A stretch of DNA of 53,779 nt. It comes from Synechococcus sp. GTDB taxonomy: Bacteria; Cyanobacteriota; Cyanobacteriia; Thermostichales; PCC-7336. The translations under genes were made by a program, and so were the position numbers. Below the pieces are notes generated by a model. The model did no database searches. It saw nothing but the letters and a program-made list of their open reading frames with translations, and was not told the DNA's origin. The stretch covers positions 1-53,779 of the forward strand of contig JBFRWN010000030.1 in NCBI GenBank assembly GCA_051439605.1. The letters are read 5' to 3'. Below are positions 19,113 through 29,114 of this stretch, in pieces (the first letter of the stretch is position 1; the number at the start of each line of letters is the position of its first letter).

Positions 19113-20603
19113 TCAACGGTTATCGATTTGTGCCCGCTGCAATTGACCGGAAAAGTCTACGTAGACCGTCTTCCAATCCGAAAACACATCTAGGGCGGTG
19201 GTTCCGGCTTCGCGGTGGCCGTTTCCCGTCTGCTTTACCCCCCCAAACGGCAGGTGAACTTCTGCGCCAATGGTAGGTCCGTTGATGTAGGTGATACCGG
19301 CTTCGATATCTCGCATGGCTTGGAAAGCGCGGTTGACATCCCGCGTGTAGACGGAAGATGAGAGACCGTACTGGGTGTCGTTGAGTACCTGTATGGCTTG
19401 CTCGAACGAGTCAACTTCTAGAACGGACACCACAGGACCAAAAATTTCCTCTTTGGCCACCCTCATATCTGGCATCACACCATCCAAAATCGTGGGTTGG
19501 AAAAAGAAGCCCTGTTGCAGTTCCCCCTCCCTCGCCACTTCTCCACCGATCGCCACCTGCGCGCCCTCTTGGTGGGCAATGTCGAGATAGCGCACGACGC
19601 GATCGCGCTGTGCTTCGTTAATCAGAGGGCCGATATCGGTGTCTGGATCGAGGCCAGACCCCAGCCGTAACGTTCGAGTCTGCTCGATCAGCTTGCTGAC
19701 AAACTCGGCCTTGATATCGCGATGCAGGATCAAACGACTGGTGGCGGTACATCGCTGCCCCGTCGTACCAAATGCCCCCCACAGAGCCCCTTCGAGGGCC
19801 AAGTCTAAATCGGCATCCTCCATGACAATCTGGGCATTTTTTCCGCCCATTTCCAGACACAGGCGCTTGTGGATGCGTCCGCAGGTGGCCCCCACTTCAG
19901 CTCCTGTCTGCGACGATCCGGTGAACGAGACTAGATCGACATCGGGATGCTCGATCAGGGCTCGACCGACCGCTTTCCCCGTGCCGTGCACCAGGTTGAC
20001 GACCCCAGCAGGGAGACCCACAGCCTCAAAAATTTGCATCAGTAGGGTAGCGCAGCCGGGGGTATCTTTCGCGGGTTTGAAAGCGATCGTATTTCCGCAA
20101 ACTAAGGCAGGAAGGGACTTCCAGCAGGGAATGGCAATGGGAAAATTCCAAGGGGTAATCAGGGCGCAAACGCCGATGGGCACTCGCACCGTCATGGCAA
20201 ACTTGTTGCCCAACTCAGAAGGGGTGGTTTGACCGAACAAGCGACGTCCCTCCCCGGCGTAATAAAAGGCACAGTCAATGCCCTCTTGCACGTCCCCTCG
20301 GGTTTCCTCCAAAGGCTTGCCCATCTCCCGCGTCATCAGCTGAGCCAATTCTTCTTTGCGCTCCAATAGCAGCTCGCCCACGCGGTGAACGTATTCCGCC
20401 CGCACCGGTGCGGGCACTAGACGCCAGCTGCGATAAGCACGGCGGGCGGCAGCAACGGCTTCATCGACATCGGTCACATCGGACTGCGGCGCAGTGACCA
20501 CCAACTCTCGCCAATTGGCAGGATTGCGACTGTCCAGGGTGGCCCTCGATCGCGCGGGCACCCAGCGACCGTCAATGTAGTTCAGACAGTGTATTGGAGC
20601 CAT
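19113..20603 (-). CDS. NAD(P)-dependent aldehyde dehydrogenase
   Basis: ITPWNFP, SFTGS, EMGGKN, GQRCT and EEIFGPV motifs; GAGGA SD before ATG 20603. Confidence 0.96.
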   Translation of the reverse strand: MAPIHCLNYIDGRWVPARSRATLDSRNPANWRELVVTAPQSDVTDVDEAVAAARRAYRSWRLVPAPVRAEYVHRVGELLLERKEELAQLMTREMGKPLEETRGDVQEGIDCAFYYAGEGRRLFGQTTPSELGNKFAMTVRVPIGVCALITPWNFPIAIPCWKSLPALVCGNTIAFKPAKDTPGCATLLMQIFEAVGLPAGVVNLVHGTGKAVGRALIEHPDVDLVSFTGSSQTGAEVGATCGRIHKRLCLEMGGKNAQIVMEDADLDLALEGALWGAFGTTGQRCTATSRLILHRDIKAEFVSKLIEQTRTLRLGSGLDPDTDIGPLINEAQRDRVVRYLDIAHQEGAQVAIGGEVAREGELQQGFFFQPTILDGVMPDMRVAKEEIFGPVVSVLEVDSFEQAIQVLNDTQYGLSSSVYTRDVNRAFQAMRDIEAGITYINGPTIGAEVHLPFGGVKQTGNGHREAGTTALDVFSDWKTVYVDFSGQLQRAQIDNR

Positions 20604-20826
20604 CGGTCCTCTAGCCTCCAAACGATCGATATAGGGCTCGGCAACAAATAGAATTCGGCAATAGTAGATGGCCGAGAGATGGCTCGAACTGGACTACCGT
20701 TCAAGCATGGGTACTTACCGCACACAGAGTCCGAGCGATCGCCCCAAAAGGCTACCACTCTCAGCTCTGCAGCTTCCCCCGGCATTATCAAGCCGTTCTG
20801 TCGGGGGGATAGGGGATCGGGCGCAA

Positions 20827-20916
20827 TTAAACAAGCGCAATAATAATTGCACCGCAAACAGCAAAGGCAACAATAACCCCAATCAGTTCGTATGCATCAA
20901 TTCGAGTGTTGTTCAT
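20827..20916 (-). CDS. Small single-pass membrane protein (29 aa), unannotated
   Basis: MNNTRIDAYELIGVIVAFAVCGAIIIALV with a perfect AGGAGG SD 6 nt upstream; below the ORF-track cutoff. Confidence 0.65.
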   Translation of the reverse strand: MNNTRIDAYELIGVIVAFAVCGAIIIALV

Positions 20917-21461
20917 AACGGGCCTCCTAATTCCGACCCTTCTCTATCTCAATTGTGGCTTATGCAGCTAGAATTTATCGAGATTTGTTACACAAAAGTC
21001 TACATAAAGATCTGACATTGCTTGAAAAGATTAATACAATAGATGAAATAGAGCTGAGTTCTTAAACTCTGGTGATTGAGGAGTTTGGCAGCCTAATATC
21101 TCTTTGTCGATTGGATGCTACAGGAATCGTTGCAAGCGGTTGTACCTTGTCTTGTCTTTTAGGCGTTAACAGTTTTGCTTGCGGATTGTGGTGAATTTAT
21201 TGTCATTAATGTTCTGGATATCTCTATATCCATGAAGCACTTAATTCACGAGCGGTGACATCTGTAAATCTATACGGATGTCGAACAATTCTTTGTTCGT
21301 GGAAGACTCTGTAGTGTATGGATTTCGTACCAAAGCTAAATCTACACTCTCCACGCAAGCTCATCCCAATCACCTGAAGTCTAGCGTGGAGAAAATCATT
21401 CAAAACAAAAACAAGCAAAAAGCATCCCTCATCACAAGAAAAACCAATTGGGAAACGATTC

Positions 21462-22466
21462 TTGAATGAAGCAAAAACCATCTTAATTACTGGCGCTAAG
21501 GGTCAAATTGGAAGTGACCTGACGATCGCCTTGCGCGAACGCTACGGCACGCAACAGGTGATTGAAAGCGGTCGTCGCCCAGCCTCTCCCTCAAGCACCG
21601 ATCTGCGGCCCTACAAAGTTCTGGATGTGACAGATATGTGGCGTCTGCAAGAGCTCGTAGAGCAGTATCGCGTCGGCACGATCTATCACCTGGCAGGCAT
21701 TCTGTCAGCGAAGGGAGAAGAACACCCCGATCGCTGCTGGCAAGTCAATATCGATGGCCTTAGAAATGTCCTGGAAGTAGCCAAAAACCACCATCTGAAA
21801 GTGTTCTGGCCCAGTTCTATTGCAGTCTTCGGCCCCCACACCCTCAAAATCGACACCCCTCAGATCGCGATCGAAGATCCCTCTACGATGTACGGCATTA
21901 CCAAGTCCGCCGGGGAAATGCTCTGCCACTACTACGCCGATCGCTATGGCGTGGATGTGCGCAGCCTGCGTCTGCCCGGAATCATCAGCCATCGCACCTT
22001 ACCAGGGGGCGGAACAACGGATTTTGCTGTTGAAATGTTTTACGAAGCCCTCAAATCCCGCACCTATACCTGCTTTGTCCGGCCCCACACCCGCCTGCCC
22101 ATGATGTACATGCCGGACGCGATCGCCGCCATTCTCACCCTCATGAATGCAGACCCCGCCTGCATCACCGTGCGCTCCAGCTATAACGTTGCCGCTGTCA
22201 GTTTCTCCGCCGCAGAACTCGCGACAGAAATTCAGCAGTATCTGCCTGACTTTAGGTGCGACTACGCCCCCGATTTTCGCCAGGCGATCGCCGATTCCTG
22301 GCCCTCTTTGATCGACGACTCTCAAGCGCGACAGGATTGGGGCTGGCACCACCGCTACGACTTACCGGCGATCGTGGCAGACATGCTCGTGCAACTGTCG
22401 GGACAGGTCGGTTGGAACGGAGTTCCTTCTTGTTCGGGTCGACAACCCGTTTCGGGCCAGGTTTGA
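21462..22466 (+). CDS. tdh: L-threonine 3-dehydrogenase, SDR/epimerase type
   Basis: [25 protein letters not shown] and PGGGTTD motifs; adjacent to kbl. Confidence 0.88.
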   Translation: MNEAKTILITGAKGQIGSDLTIALRERYGTQQVIESGRRPASPSSTDLRPYKVLDVTDMWRLQELVEQYRVGTIYHLAGILSAKGEEHPDRCWQVNIDGLRNVLEVAKNHHLKVFWPSSIAVFGPHTLKIDTPQIAIEDPSTMYGITKSAGEMLCHYYADRYGVDVRSLRLPGIISHRTLPGGGTTDFAVEMFYEALKSRTYTCFVRPHTRLPMMYMPDAIAAILTLMNADPACITVRSSYNVAAVSFSAAELATEIQQYLPDFRCDYAPDFRQAIADSWPSLIDDSQARQDWGWHHRYDLPAIVADMLVQLSGQVGWNGVPSCSGRQPVSGQV

Positions 22467-22507
22467 GCAGAACAGCTGAGAAGACTGAATTCCGAGGAAA
22501 TACCCCG

Positions 22508-23731
22508 ATGACAAAAACAGCAGCCCCCGTCTTCCAATCCATCCTGGACGAGATTTGCCAGTCCGGGCTGCACAAAGGGGAGCGATTACTGACGACTCCG
22601 CAGGGGGCAGAGATTGCCGTCCGTGGAGGACAAGAGGCGATTAACTTTTGTGCCAACAACTATTTGGGATTGGCCAATAATCCCGAACTTGTCGCCACTG
22701 CCCAAGCAGGGTTGGCCAAATACGGCTTCGGTCTGTCATCCGTCCGATTTATCTGCGGTACCCAAACCATTCACAAAGACTTGGAAGCCAAAATCTCGCA
22801 GTTTCTCGGTACTGACGACACGATTCTCTACAGTTCCTGCTTCGATGCCAATGGTGGTTTATTCGAAACCCTGTTGGATGCCGACTGTGCGGTGTTCAGC
22901 GATGCCCTCAACCACGCCAGCATTATCGATGGCATTCGGCTGTGCAAGGCGAAGCGCTACCGCTACTCCCACAGCAATATGCAGGAGTTGGAGCAAGCCC
23001 TGCAGAGAGCACAGTTGGCCAAAATCCGGTTGATTGCCACCGACGGCGTATTCAGTATGGATGGGGATATCGCCCAGTTAGGGCCAATCTGCGATTTGGC
23101 CGATCGCTACGATGCTTTGGTGATGGTGGACGACAGCCACGCTACCGGATTCTTCGGCCCGACGGGGCGCGGTTCCATCGAACACTGCGGAGTTATGGAT
23201 CGGGTGGATATTGTCACCAGTACCCTCGGCAAAGCCCTGGGGGGAGCTTCGGGGGGCTTTACGTCCGGCCGCAAAGTCATTATCGATTTGCTGCGCCAGC
23301 GATCGCGTCCCTACCTGTTTTCCAACAGCCTTGCCCCCGTCATTGTCTACACCAGCCTGAAGGTGTTGGAAATGCTGGACCGCAGCTCCGAGCTGCGCGA
23401 TCGCCTAGTGGACAACACCCGCTACTTCCGCCAGCAACTGACTGCCCTCGGCTTCGACATCAAACCCGGCATTCATCCAATCGTGCCAATTATGCTCTAC
23501 AAGGCCCAACTGGCGCAGGATATGTCCCGCGACTTGCTTGAGGAGGGGATATACGCGATTGGCTTTAGCTATCCGGTAGTCCCCAAAGGTCAAGCTCGCA
23601 TTCGCGTGCAAATCTCCGCCGCCCATACCCGCGAGCATCTCGATCGCGGCATCGATGTGCTGGCTCGAATTGCTCAGCGGTATGGCGTTATCCCCACCAC
23701 AAGTCCAGCCCAGGCCGTTCACGCTAGCTGA
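22508..23731 (+). CDS. kbl: Glycine C-acetyltransferase (2-amino-3-ketobutyrate CoA ligase)
   Basis: [29 protein letters not shown] and [11 protein letters not shown] motifs; start at ATG 22508. Confidence 0.96.
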   Translation: MTKTAAPVFQSILDEICQSGLHKGERLLTTPQGAEIAVRGGQEAINFCANNYLGLANNPELVATAQAGLAKYGFGLSSVRFICGTQTIHKDLEAKISQFLGTDDTILYSSCFDANGGLFETLLDADCAVFSDALNHASIIDGIRLCKAKRYRYSHSNMQELEQALQRAQLAKIRLIATDGVFSMDGDIAQLGPICDLADRYDALVMVDDSHATGFFGPTGRGSIEHCGVMDRVDIVTSTLGKALGGASGGFTSGRKVIIDLLRQRSRPYLFSNSLAPVIVYTSLKVLEMLDRSSELRDRLVDNTRYFRQQLTALGFDIKPGIHPIVPIMLYKAQLAQDMSRDLLEEGIYAIGFSYPVVPKGQARIRVQISAAHTREHLDRGIDVLARIAQRYGVIPTTSPAQAVHAS

Positions 23732-23742
23732 GGAGGTTGAGG

Positions 23743-25062
23743 ATGACCGTCACAATTCAGGACATCCGCACTGCCGCCGAAATCGTTCAAGGTCGGGCAT
23801 CCGATACCCCCTGCCGCCATTCGCGATCGCTATCGCAGTGGGTTGGAGCGGACGTTGTCCTCAAGTATGAAAACCTGCAGTTCACCGGCTCGTTCAAAGA
23901 GCGCGGTGCTTTGGTGAAGTTGCTGTCCCTGACCCCTGCTCAGCGAGAGAAGGGCATTATCGCCATGTCGGCGGGCAATCACGCTCAAGCGGTGGCCCAT
24001 CAAGCAAAACAATTGGGTATTCCGACCACCATCGTCATGCCGCAGTTCACTCCCAACATTAAAGTGGAGCGCACCAAAGCTTTTGGCGCCGAGGTGATTT
24101 TCCACGGAAATACGCTAGATGACTCGATTGTGTTGGGGCACCAATTGGCCTGCGAGCAAGGTCTGCAAACGGTCCATCCCTATGATGACGAGCAGATCGT
24201 TGCCGGCCAGGGGACGATCGCTCTGGAAATGCTGGCTACCTATCCCGATCTGGACGCGATCTTAGTTCCAGTAGGGGGCGGCGGTTTGATTGCGGGGAAT
24301 GCGATCGCTGCCAAGAGCTTGCGACCCAACATTGAGGTCATCGGCGTCCAAACGAATCGCTTTCCCTCCATGTTCCAAGCCCTGCGGGGGGAGCCAGCAT
24401 TGTGCGGTAGTTCCACCATTGCGGAGGGCATCGCGGTCAAGTCCCCCGGTCAACTAACCTTGCCAATTGTGCGGGAATGGGTGGATGAGATTCTGCTGGT
24501 GGAGGAAGGAGATATTGAGGAGGCGGTGCGGCTGTTGCTGGAGCGGGAAAAGACGGTGGTGGAGGGGGCAGGGGCGGTCGGTGTGGCAGCCTTGCTGAAC
24601 TATCGCGATCGCTTTGCCCATCGCAAAGTTGGCGTGATTCTCAGCGGCGGCAATATCGACTTGCCTATCCTCTCCCGCATCGTGCAGCGGGGGTTGGTGC
24701 GTTCAGGCCGGTTGATTCGATTGGATGTTGATGTCAAAGATTTGCCGGGAGGGTTGGCAGAGGTGGCCCACTGCATTGGCGAGGCCGGAGCCAATATTGT
24801 CGAAGTGCAACACCAGCGGGCCTTTACTGGTTTACCGCTGCAGTCGGTGAGTATTCAATTCGTGCTGCAAACGCGAGGCTTGAAGCACCTGCGAGAGATC
24901 GTTGCAGAGTTAATGGCTGCGGGGTACTGCGTGCATCTACCCCAACAAATGGATGGAACCACCCCTTGCGTAGTAGATTTCGATGAGGAGATCCTGGGTC
25001 AAGGCGGTGGAAGCCGAAGTGCAAGACTCTACAATCTGGAGGAGAGCCAATCGGCTTTGTAA
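23743..25062 (+). CDS. ilvA: Threonine ammonia-lyase with C-terminal ACT domain
   Basis: ENLQFTGSFKERGA, SAGNHAQ, VGGGGL and LSGGNID motifs; GGAGG SD. Confidence 0.92.
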   Translation: MTVTIQDIRTAAEIVQGRASDTPCRHSRSLSQWVGADVVLKYENLQFTGSFKERGALVKLLSLTPAQREKGIIAMSAGNHAQAVAHQAKQLGIPTTIVMPQFTPNIKVERTKAFGAEVIFHGNTLDDSIVLGHQLACEQGLQTVHPYDDEQIVAGQGTIALEMLATYPDLDAILVPVGGGGLIAGNAIAAKSLRPNIEVIGVQTNRFPSMFQALRGEPALCGSSTIAEGIAVKSPGQLTLPIVREWVDEILLVEEGDIEEAVRLLLEREKTVVEGAGAVGVAALLNYRDRFAHRKVGVILSGGNIDLPILSRIVQRGLVRSGRLIRLDVDVKDLPGGLAEVAHCIGEAGANIVEVQHQRAFTGLPLQSVSIQFVLQTRGLKHLREIVAELMAAGYCVHLPQQMDGTTPCVVDFDEEILGQGGGSRSARLYNLEESQSAL

Positions 25063-25082
25063 CCGGGATAGCCGATCTGTAT

Positions 25083-25265
25083 TTATTCGAGCTTTTTCTC
25101 CATTTTTCCCGATTGGGCCAGCCCCGCTGCTCCTGAGAGAGCCGTTCCGGCCAATCCAAACCCCGCTGCCCACTCAGCGTCAGTTGCATCGCCGGGATGA
25201 ACCATCACTGTTATCCCGATCGCTCCCCCAATTGCGGCGATAAAAAAATGACTGAACTCATTCAA
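25083..25265 (-). CDS. Putative small Gly/Ala-rich membrane protein (60 aa)
   Basis: Two hydrophobic Gly/Ala-rich segments and a charged C-terminus; TTG start. Confidence 0.45.
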   Translation of the reverse strand: MNEFSHFFIAAIGGAIGITVMVHPGDATDAEWAAGFGLAGTALSGAAGLAQSGKMEKKLE

Positions 25266-25279
25266 AATAGGCTTGACTT

Positions 25280-26122
25280 GTGGGCGATACCTCGCACGTT
25301 ACGAATAATCAGATTCGCGTGGCCACGTGGAATGTCAATGGCCTCCGTGCAGCCATTCGCAAGGGGCTCGACGACTTCGTCGAGCAAATCGACGCAGATA
25401 TATGGATGTTTCAGGAACTGCGGGCTTACCCAGAACAATTGCCGAGTTCGTGGAATCCGCCCGTCGATATGCAGGCTGTATGGCACCCAGCGGAACGCAA
25501 AGGCTATTCGGGGGTTTCTACCTGGTCGCGGTTACCCATCAGCAACTCTTCTCGAGGTATGGGGCTGGGGCAGGACCCGCAAGATCTGGAAGGGCGGATT
25601 TTAGTGACAGAGCATGACGGTTTAACCTGTATCAATACGTATCTACCGAGTGGATCCTCCAAGGAAGAACGGCAAGCTTACAAGGAACGGTGGATGGATG
25701 ACTGGTTTGAATGGTTGAAACCTTACTTGACATGCGATCGCACAGTCATCGTGGCTGGCGACCTCAACATCGCTCATACAGAAATCGATATCTGGGATGC
25801 TCGTTCCAACCAGAACAATTCGGGTTTTCTGCCACAAGAACGAGCCTGGTTCGGCGAACTTCTGAATTCTGGTTGGTACGATCTTTGCCGCATCTGTTGG
25901 GGGTCAACCCAAGGACCCTATACATGGTGGTCAAACCGAGGTCGCGCAAGGGCAGAAAATAAAGGGTGGCGGATTGACTACATTCTGGGCAACGAAGCGG
26001 CCAAGGCGGCTTTCCGCAATGCCGCAGTGGTGCGCGAAGGTGGGCTAGTGGTATCGGATCACGCACCCGTTATCGCCCACTTCGAACTGGGGAACATTCG
26101 TCACAATGGAGAGAATCACTGA
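25280..26122 (+). CDS. xth: Exodeoxyribonuclease III / AP endonuclease
   Basis: TWNVNGLRA, KGYSGV, GDLNIAH, YTWWS, GWRIDY and SDHAP motifs. Confidence 0.96.
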   Translation: MGDTSHVTNNQIRVATWNVNGLRAAIRKGLDDFVEQIDADIWMFQELRAYPEQLPSSWNPPVDMQAVWHPAERKGYSGVSTWSRLPISNSSRGMGLGQDPQDLEGRILVTEHDGLTCINTYLPSGSSKEERQAYKERWMDDWFEWLKPYLTCDRTVIVAGDLNIAHTEIDIWDARSNQNNSGFLPQERAWFGELLNSGWYDLCRICWGSTQGPYTWWSNRGRARAENKGWRIDYILGNEAAKAAFRNAAVVREGGLVVSDHAPVIAHFELGNIRHNGENH

Positions 26123-26202
26123 GATATCCTCCAACCAATGCTGTCCCTCCACCTAAACCCGAGTCAAACCCGCAAGCCGTCGAGTTACTCTTCCACCATG
26201 GG

Positions 26203-27687
26203 TTAGGGCACCGCTCCGTAGGGGCGTTTGAGATACTGTCCGGAGGGGGGACCGACGATTTGTCCCTTGTCGTAAATGAGGTTGCCGCGCAAAAACGTGC
26301 TCTTGACTCGCCCCGTCAGCTCCAACCCTTCAAACGGCGAATAGCCCTGCTGGGATTCAGATTCCTCGGAACGAACCACAAAGGATTCGTTCGGATCGAA
26401 CAGGACTAAATCGGCATCGTATCCGATGGTAATATCGCCTTTTTCTAGCAACCCATATCGCTGGGCAGGGTTCCAGCACAATAATTCAGCCATCCGGTGG
26501 TAGGGCAAGCCCCGCCTGCTCCCTTCGCTAAACAGGCCAGAGAACAAGTATTCCGTACCGCCGAACCCGGATTTTGCCAGCCAGATATTGTCTGGATCTT
26601 TGAGGCTGGCTTTCTTCTCGGCGGAGCAGCAGGCGTGGTCGCTAACGATCCAATCAATTTGGCCGTTCAATACTGCTTGCCACAAGTACTCCACATCAGC
26701 TCGGGAACGAATGGGGGGATTGACTTTGGCCCATTTGCCCGTGGGAGCATCCACATCCAGCAGCAAATGTCCCACCGTGACTTCTCGTTTGAAATTGATG
26801 TGGGGGAAAATTGTATCCATCATCAGAGCCGCATCGACTGCTTTGCGGGAACTGAGGTGGAGCAGATTAATATTGGCACAATTCGTTTCGTGGGCTAAGT
26901 AGGAGGCGATAAAGATAGCCAACCCCTCAGAGTGAGGAGGACGGGCGGCGCTGTAGGCCTTGAGACCGGTGAGATTGCGATCGCCCTGGACAATTTTGGT
27001 ATAGGCACTCAGAATCTCAGCCACTTCGCAATGCAGGCTAAGGCTAATGAAATCGTTGGCTTCGGGGTAGCGTTCCCTGAGTTTGGTGAGGCTGCGCATA
27101 ATAAATTCAAAGTGAGCGAAGTCGTAGCGTTCCTCTGGTTTAATCATCAGGAAAAGGTTTTGCTTTTCCGATAACCCATGCAGGCCATAGCCGCCGTAGA
27201 ACATGAAAATTTTGAATGACGAGACTCCATGTTCTTCGAACAACCACTGCATTTCGTCAATGTGCTGACCGCTAATAGGGGCAATGTGGTAGCCATAATC
27301 CACAAAAAAGTTGCCCTCTGACAGTTTCAGCACCTCTGGAAAGAAGTCCTTGTAGGGCCCGCCTTTATTGAGGTAATACTGACCTGTCCGGATATAGTTC
27401 AGGCTTGTGGTTACCCCTCCCATCGCCGCTGCCCGACTTTCAGTTACGGCATCTTTGTCAAGAGGTTGATAGATGCCGATGTGCATGTGGGAATCGATCG
27501 CCCCTGGAAACCCCAGAAGATTCTTAGCGTCAAACACTTCGTTGGCGCGATCGGGACGAATCTCCCGTTCGATGCAGACAAACTTTCCATCCTTGATGCC
27601 CAGATCGAGCTGTTCGACAGTTGGGTGATGGGGACGCACCACGCGCACGTTTTTAATAATTTTGTCCAGACCTATGACTTCAGACAC
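26203..27687 (-). CDS. Cyclic amidohydrolase (dihydroorotase/allantoinase/hydantoinase family)
   Basis: PGAIDSHMH, AAAMGGVTT, KVNPPIR, SDHAC and GYDADLV motifs. Confidence 0.9.
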   Translation of the reverse strand: MSEVIGLDKIIKNVRVVRPHHPTVEQLDLGIKDGKFVCIEREIRPDRANEVFDAKNLLGFPGAIDSHMHIGIYQPLDKDAVTESRAAAMGGVTTSLNYIRTGQYYLNKGGPYKDFFPEVLKLSEGNFFVDYGYHIAPISGQHIDEMQWLFEEHGVSSFKIFMFYGGYGLHGLSEKQNLFLMIKPEERYDFAHFEFIMRSLTKLRERYPEANDFISLSLHCEVAEILSAYTKIVQGDRNLTGLKAYSAARPPHSEGLAIFIASYLAHETNCANINLLHLSSRKAVDAALMMDTIFPHINFKREVTVGHLLLDVDAPTGKWAKVNPPIRSRADVEYLWQAVLNGQIDWIVSDHACCSAEKKASLKDPDNIWLAKSGFGGTEYLFSGLFSEGSRRGLPYHRMAELLCWNPAQRYGLLEKGDITIGYDADLVLFDPNESFVVRSEESESQQGYSPFEGLELTGRVKSTFLRGNLIYDKGQIVGPPSGQYLKRPYGAVP

Positions 27688-27887
27688 ATTTGACCTCGCT
27701 TTTACCGGGAAAGGGAATAAGAGGAGGGACGCCGTTTTTTCGATCTATTTTGTAGACCTCCCTTGTTGCTATCTTTCTCCACCACTCAGTCAGTGATTTG
27801 TGGAAATCTAAGATATTCCTGCAGCCGCAGTGATGCATTGGCAGAAGCGTCGGAGGATATTGCTGCCTCATTTTCTGAATCCACAGG

Positions 27888-28982
27888 TCAATCGCTGTAC
27901 TTTGAGAAATCCGTATATCCGTTGCTACCGGTTGGGCTGTACCAGTCAGCCATCTCTGCATCGGGGTTGAGCGGCCAACCATTCGCGAAGCGTTCAACTA
28001 AATCTGGATTGCTGATGAAGGGGCGTCCAAAAGCGATCGCGTCAGCGTCACCCGCGGCGATCGCGTTTTCAGCGGTTTCCAACGTGTAACCGCAGTTGCC
28101 GATCAGAGGCCCGTGGAACACCTGGCGAAAATCCTTTAAGGACATCGGATCGCCCAACTCGTGAAATCCGAAGGCAAGGCCGTCCATAACATGTAGATAA
28201 GCCAATCCAAATCGGTCAAGCTGTGTGGCAACAAACGAGAACTGTTCCCGAAAGTCAGGGGAACCCATATCGTTGTAAATGCCGTTAGGGGAGAGTCGCA
28301 CCCCTACTCGACTGGCCGTCCAAACTTCACTGACGGTTCGCACAACTTCATCTAACAAGCGATAGCGATTTTCGACCGTTCCGCCATAGCGATCGGTGCG
28401 ATGGTTGGTTTTCGATTGCAAAAACGAATCGAGTAAGTAACCATTTGCCGAGTGAACCTCAACTCCGTCGAAGCCTGCTACCTTCGCTCGCTCCGCCGCC
28501 CGACGGTAGTCCTCCACAATTCCAGGAATCTCATCCGTTCGCAAAGCCCGCGGGGTCTCGTGGGGTTCTTTGCTACTTGGGGTATGAATTTCCCCCTCAA
28601 TCGCGATCGCCGAGGGGGCAACGGCAGGCTCACCTCCGTGAAAGCTGCTGTGGGAGGCCCGCCCACAGTGCCACAGTTGCATAAATATCTTCCCACCCTT
28701 AGCGTGAACGGCATTGACCACCAGTTTCCACCCCTCTGCCATTGCATCGGTATAGATGCCGGGAGATTCGTTCCAGCCGTTGGCTTGTTCGGAAATGGTT
28801 GTGGCTTCGGTAACGATCAGTCCGGCTGAGGCCCGTTGGGCGTAGTACTCCGCCATGAGTTCGTTCGGCATCCGCTCCGTTCCGGCCCGAGCGCGGGTCA
28901 TTGGAGCCATAACAATCCGATTGGACAGTGAAAGCCCGTTCAGATCTAGTGGATCGAGTAGGTTTGCAGCGACGGCGATCAT
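27888..28982 (-). CDS. Alkene reductase (old yellow enzyme, NemA-like)
   Basis: MAPMTRAR, QLWHCGR, HSANGYL, RTDRYGG and FGRPFISNPDL motifs. Confidence 0.95.
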   Translation of the reverse strand: MIAVAANLLDPLDLNGLSLSNRIVMAPMTRARAGTERMPNELMAEYYAQRASAGLIVTEATTISEQANGWNESPGIYTDAMAEGWKLVVNAVHAKGGKIFMQLWHCGRASHSSFHGGEPAVAPSAIAIEGEIHTPSSKEPHETPRALRTDEIPGIVEDYRRAAERAKVAGFDGVEVHSANGYLLDSFLQSKTNHRTDRYGGTVENRYRLLDEVVRTVSEVWTASRVGVRLSPNGIYNDMGSPDFREQFSFVATQLDRFGLAYLHVMDGLAFGFHELGDPMSLKDFRQVFHGPLIGNCGYTLETAENAIAAGDADAIAFGRPFISNPDLVERFANGWPLNPDAEMADWYSPTGSNGYTDFSKYSD

Positions 28983-29114
28983 GGTTGGAATCTCCTCATA
29001 GTCGGACCGATCGACACGGATATCGGAACATCTGCAATGAACGACGATGGCGACATTCAGGATAAGTCACCAGACCGTTATCCTTGAAATTCTCTATACA
29101 AAATTCGACATTAT

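Noticed and set aside
17769..20232. Long antisense/alternative-frame ORFs over the aminotransferase and ALDH (likewise over kbl, amrS, the ATPase, bchH and gyrA)
   Set aside because: Shadow frames of well-supported GC-rich genes
22256..22507. N-terminal extension of Kbl in the ORF track
   Set aside because: Overlaps tdh; homology and an SD-like GAGG support ATG 22508
27690..27887. Regulatory RNA or gene remnant between the OYE and amidohydrolase genes
   Set aside because: Only weak pairing and a short open frame; nothing identifiable
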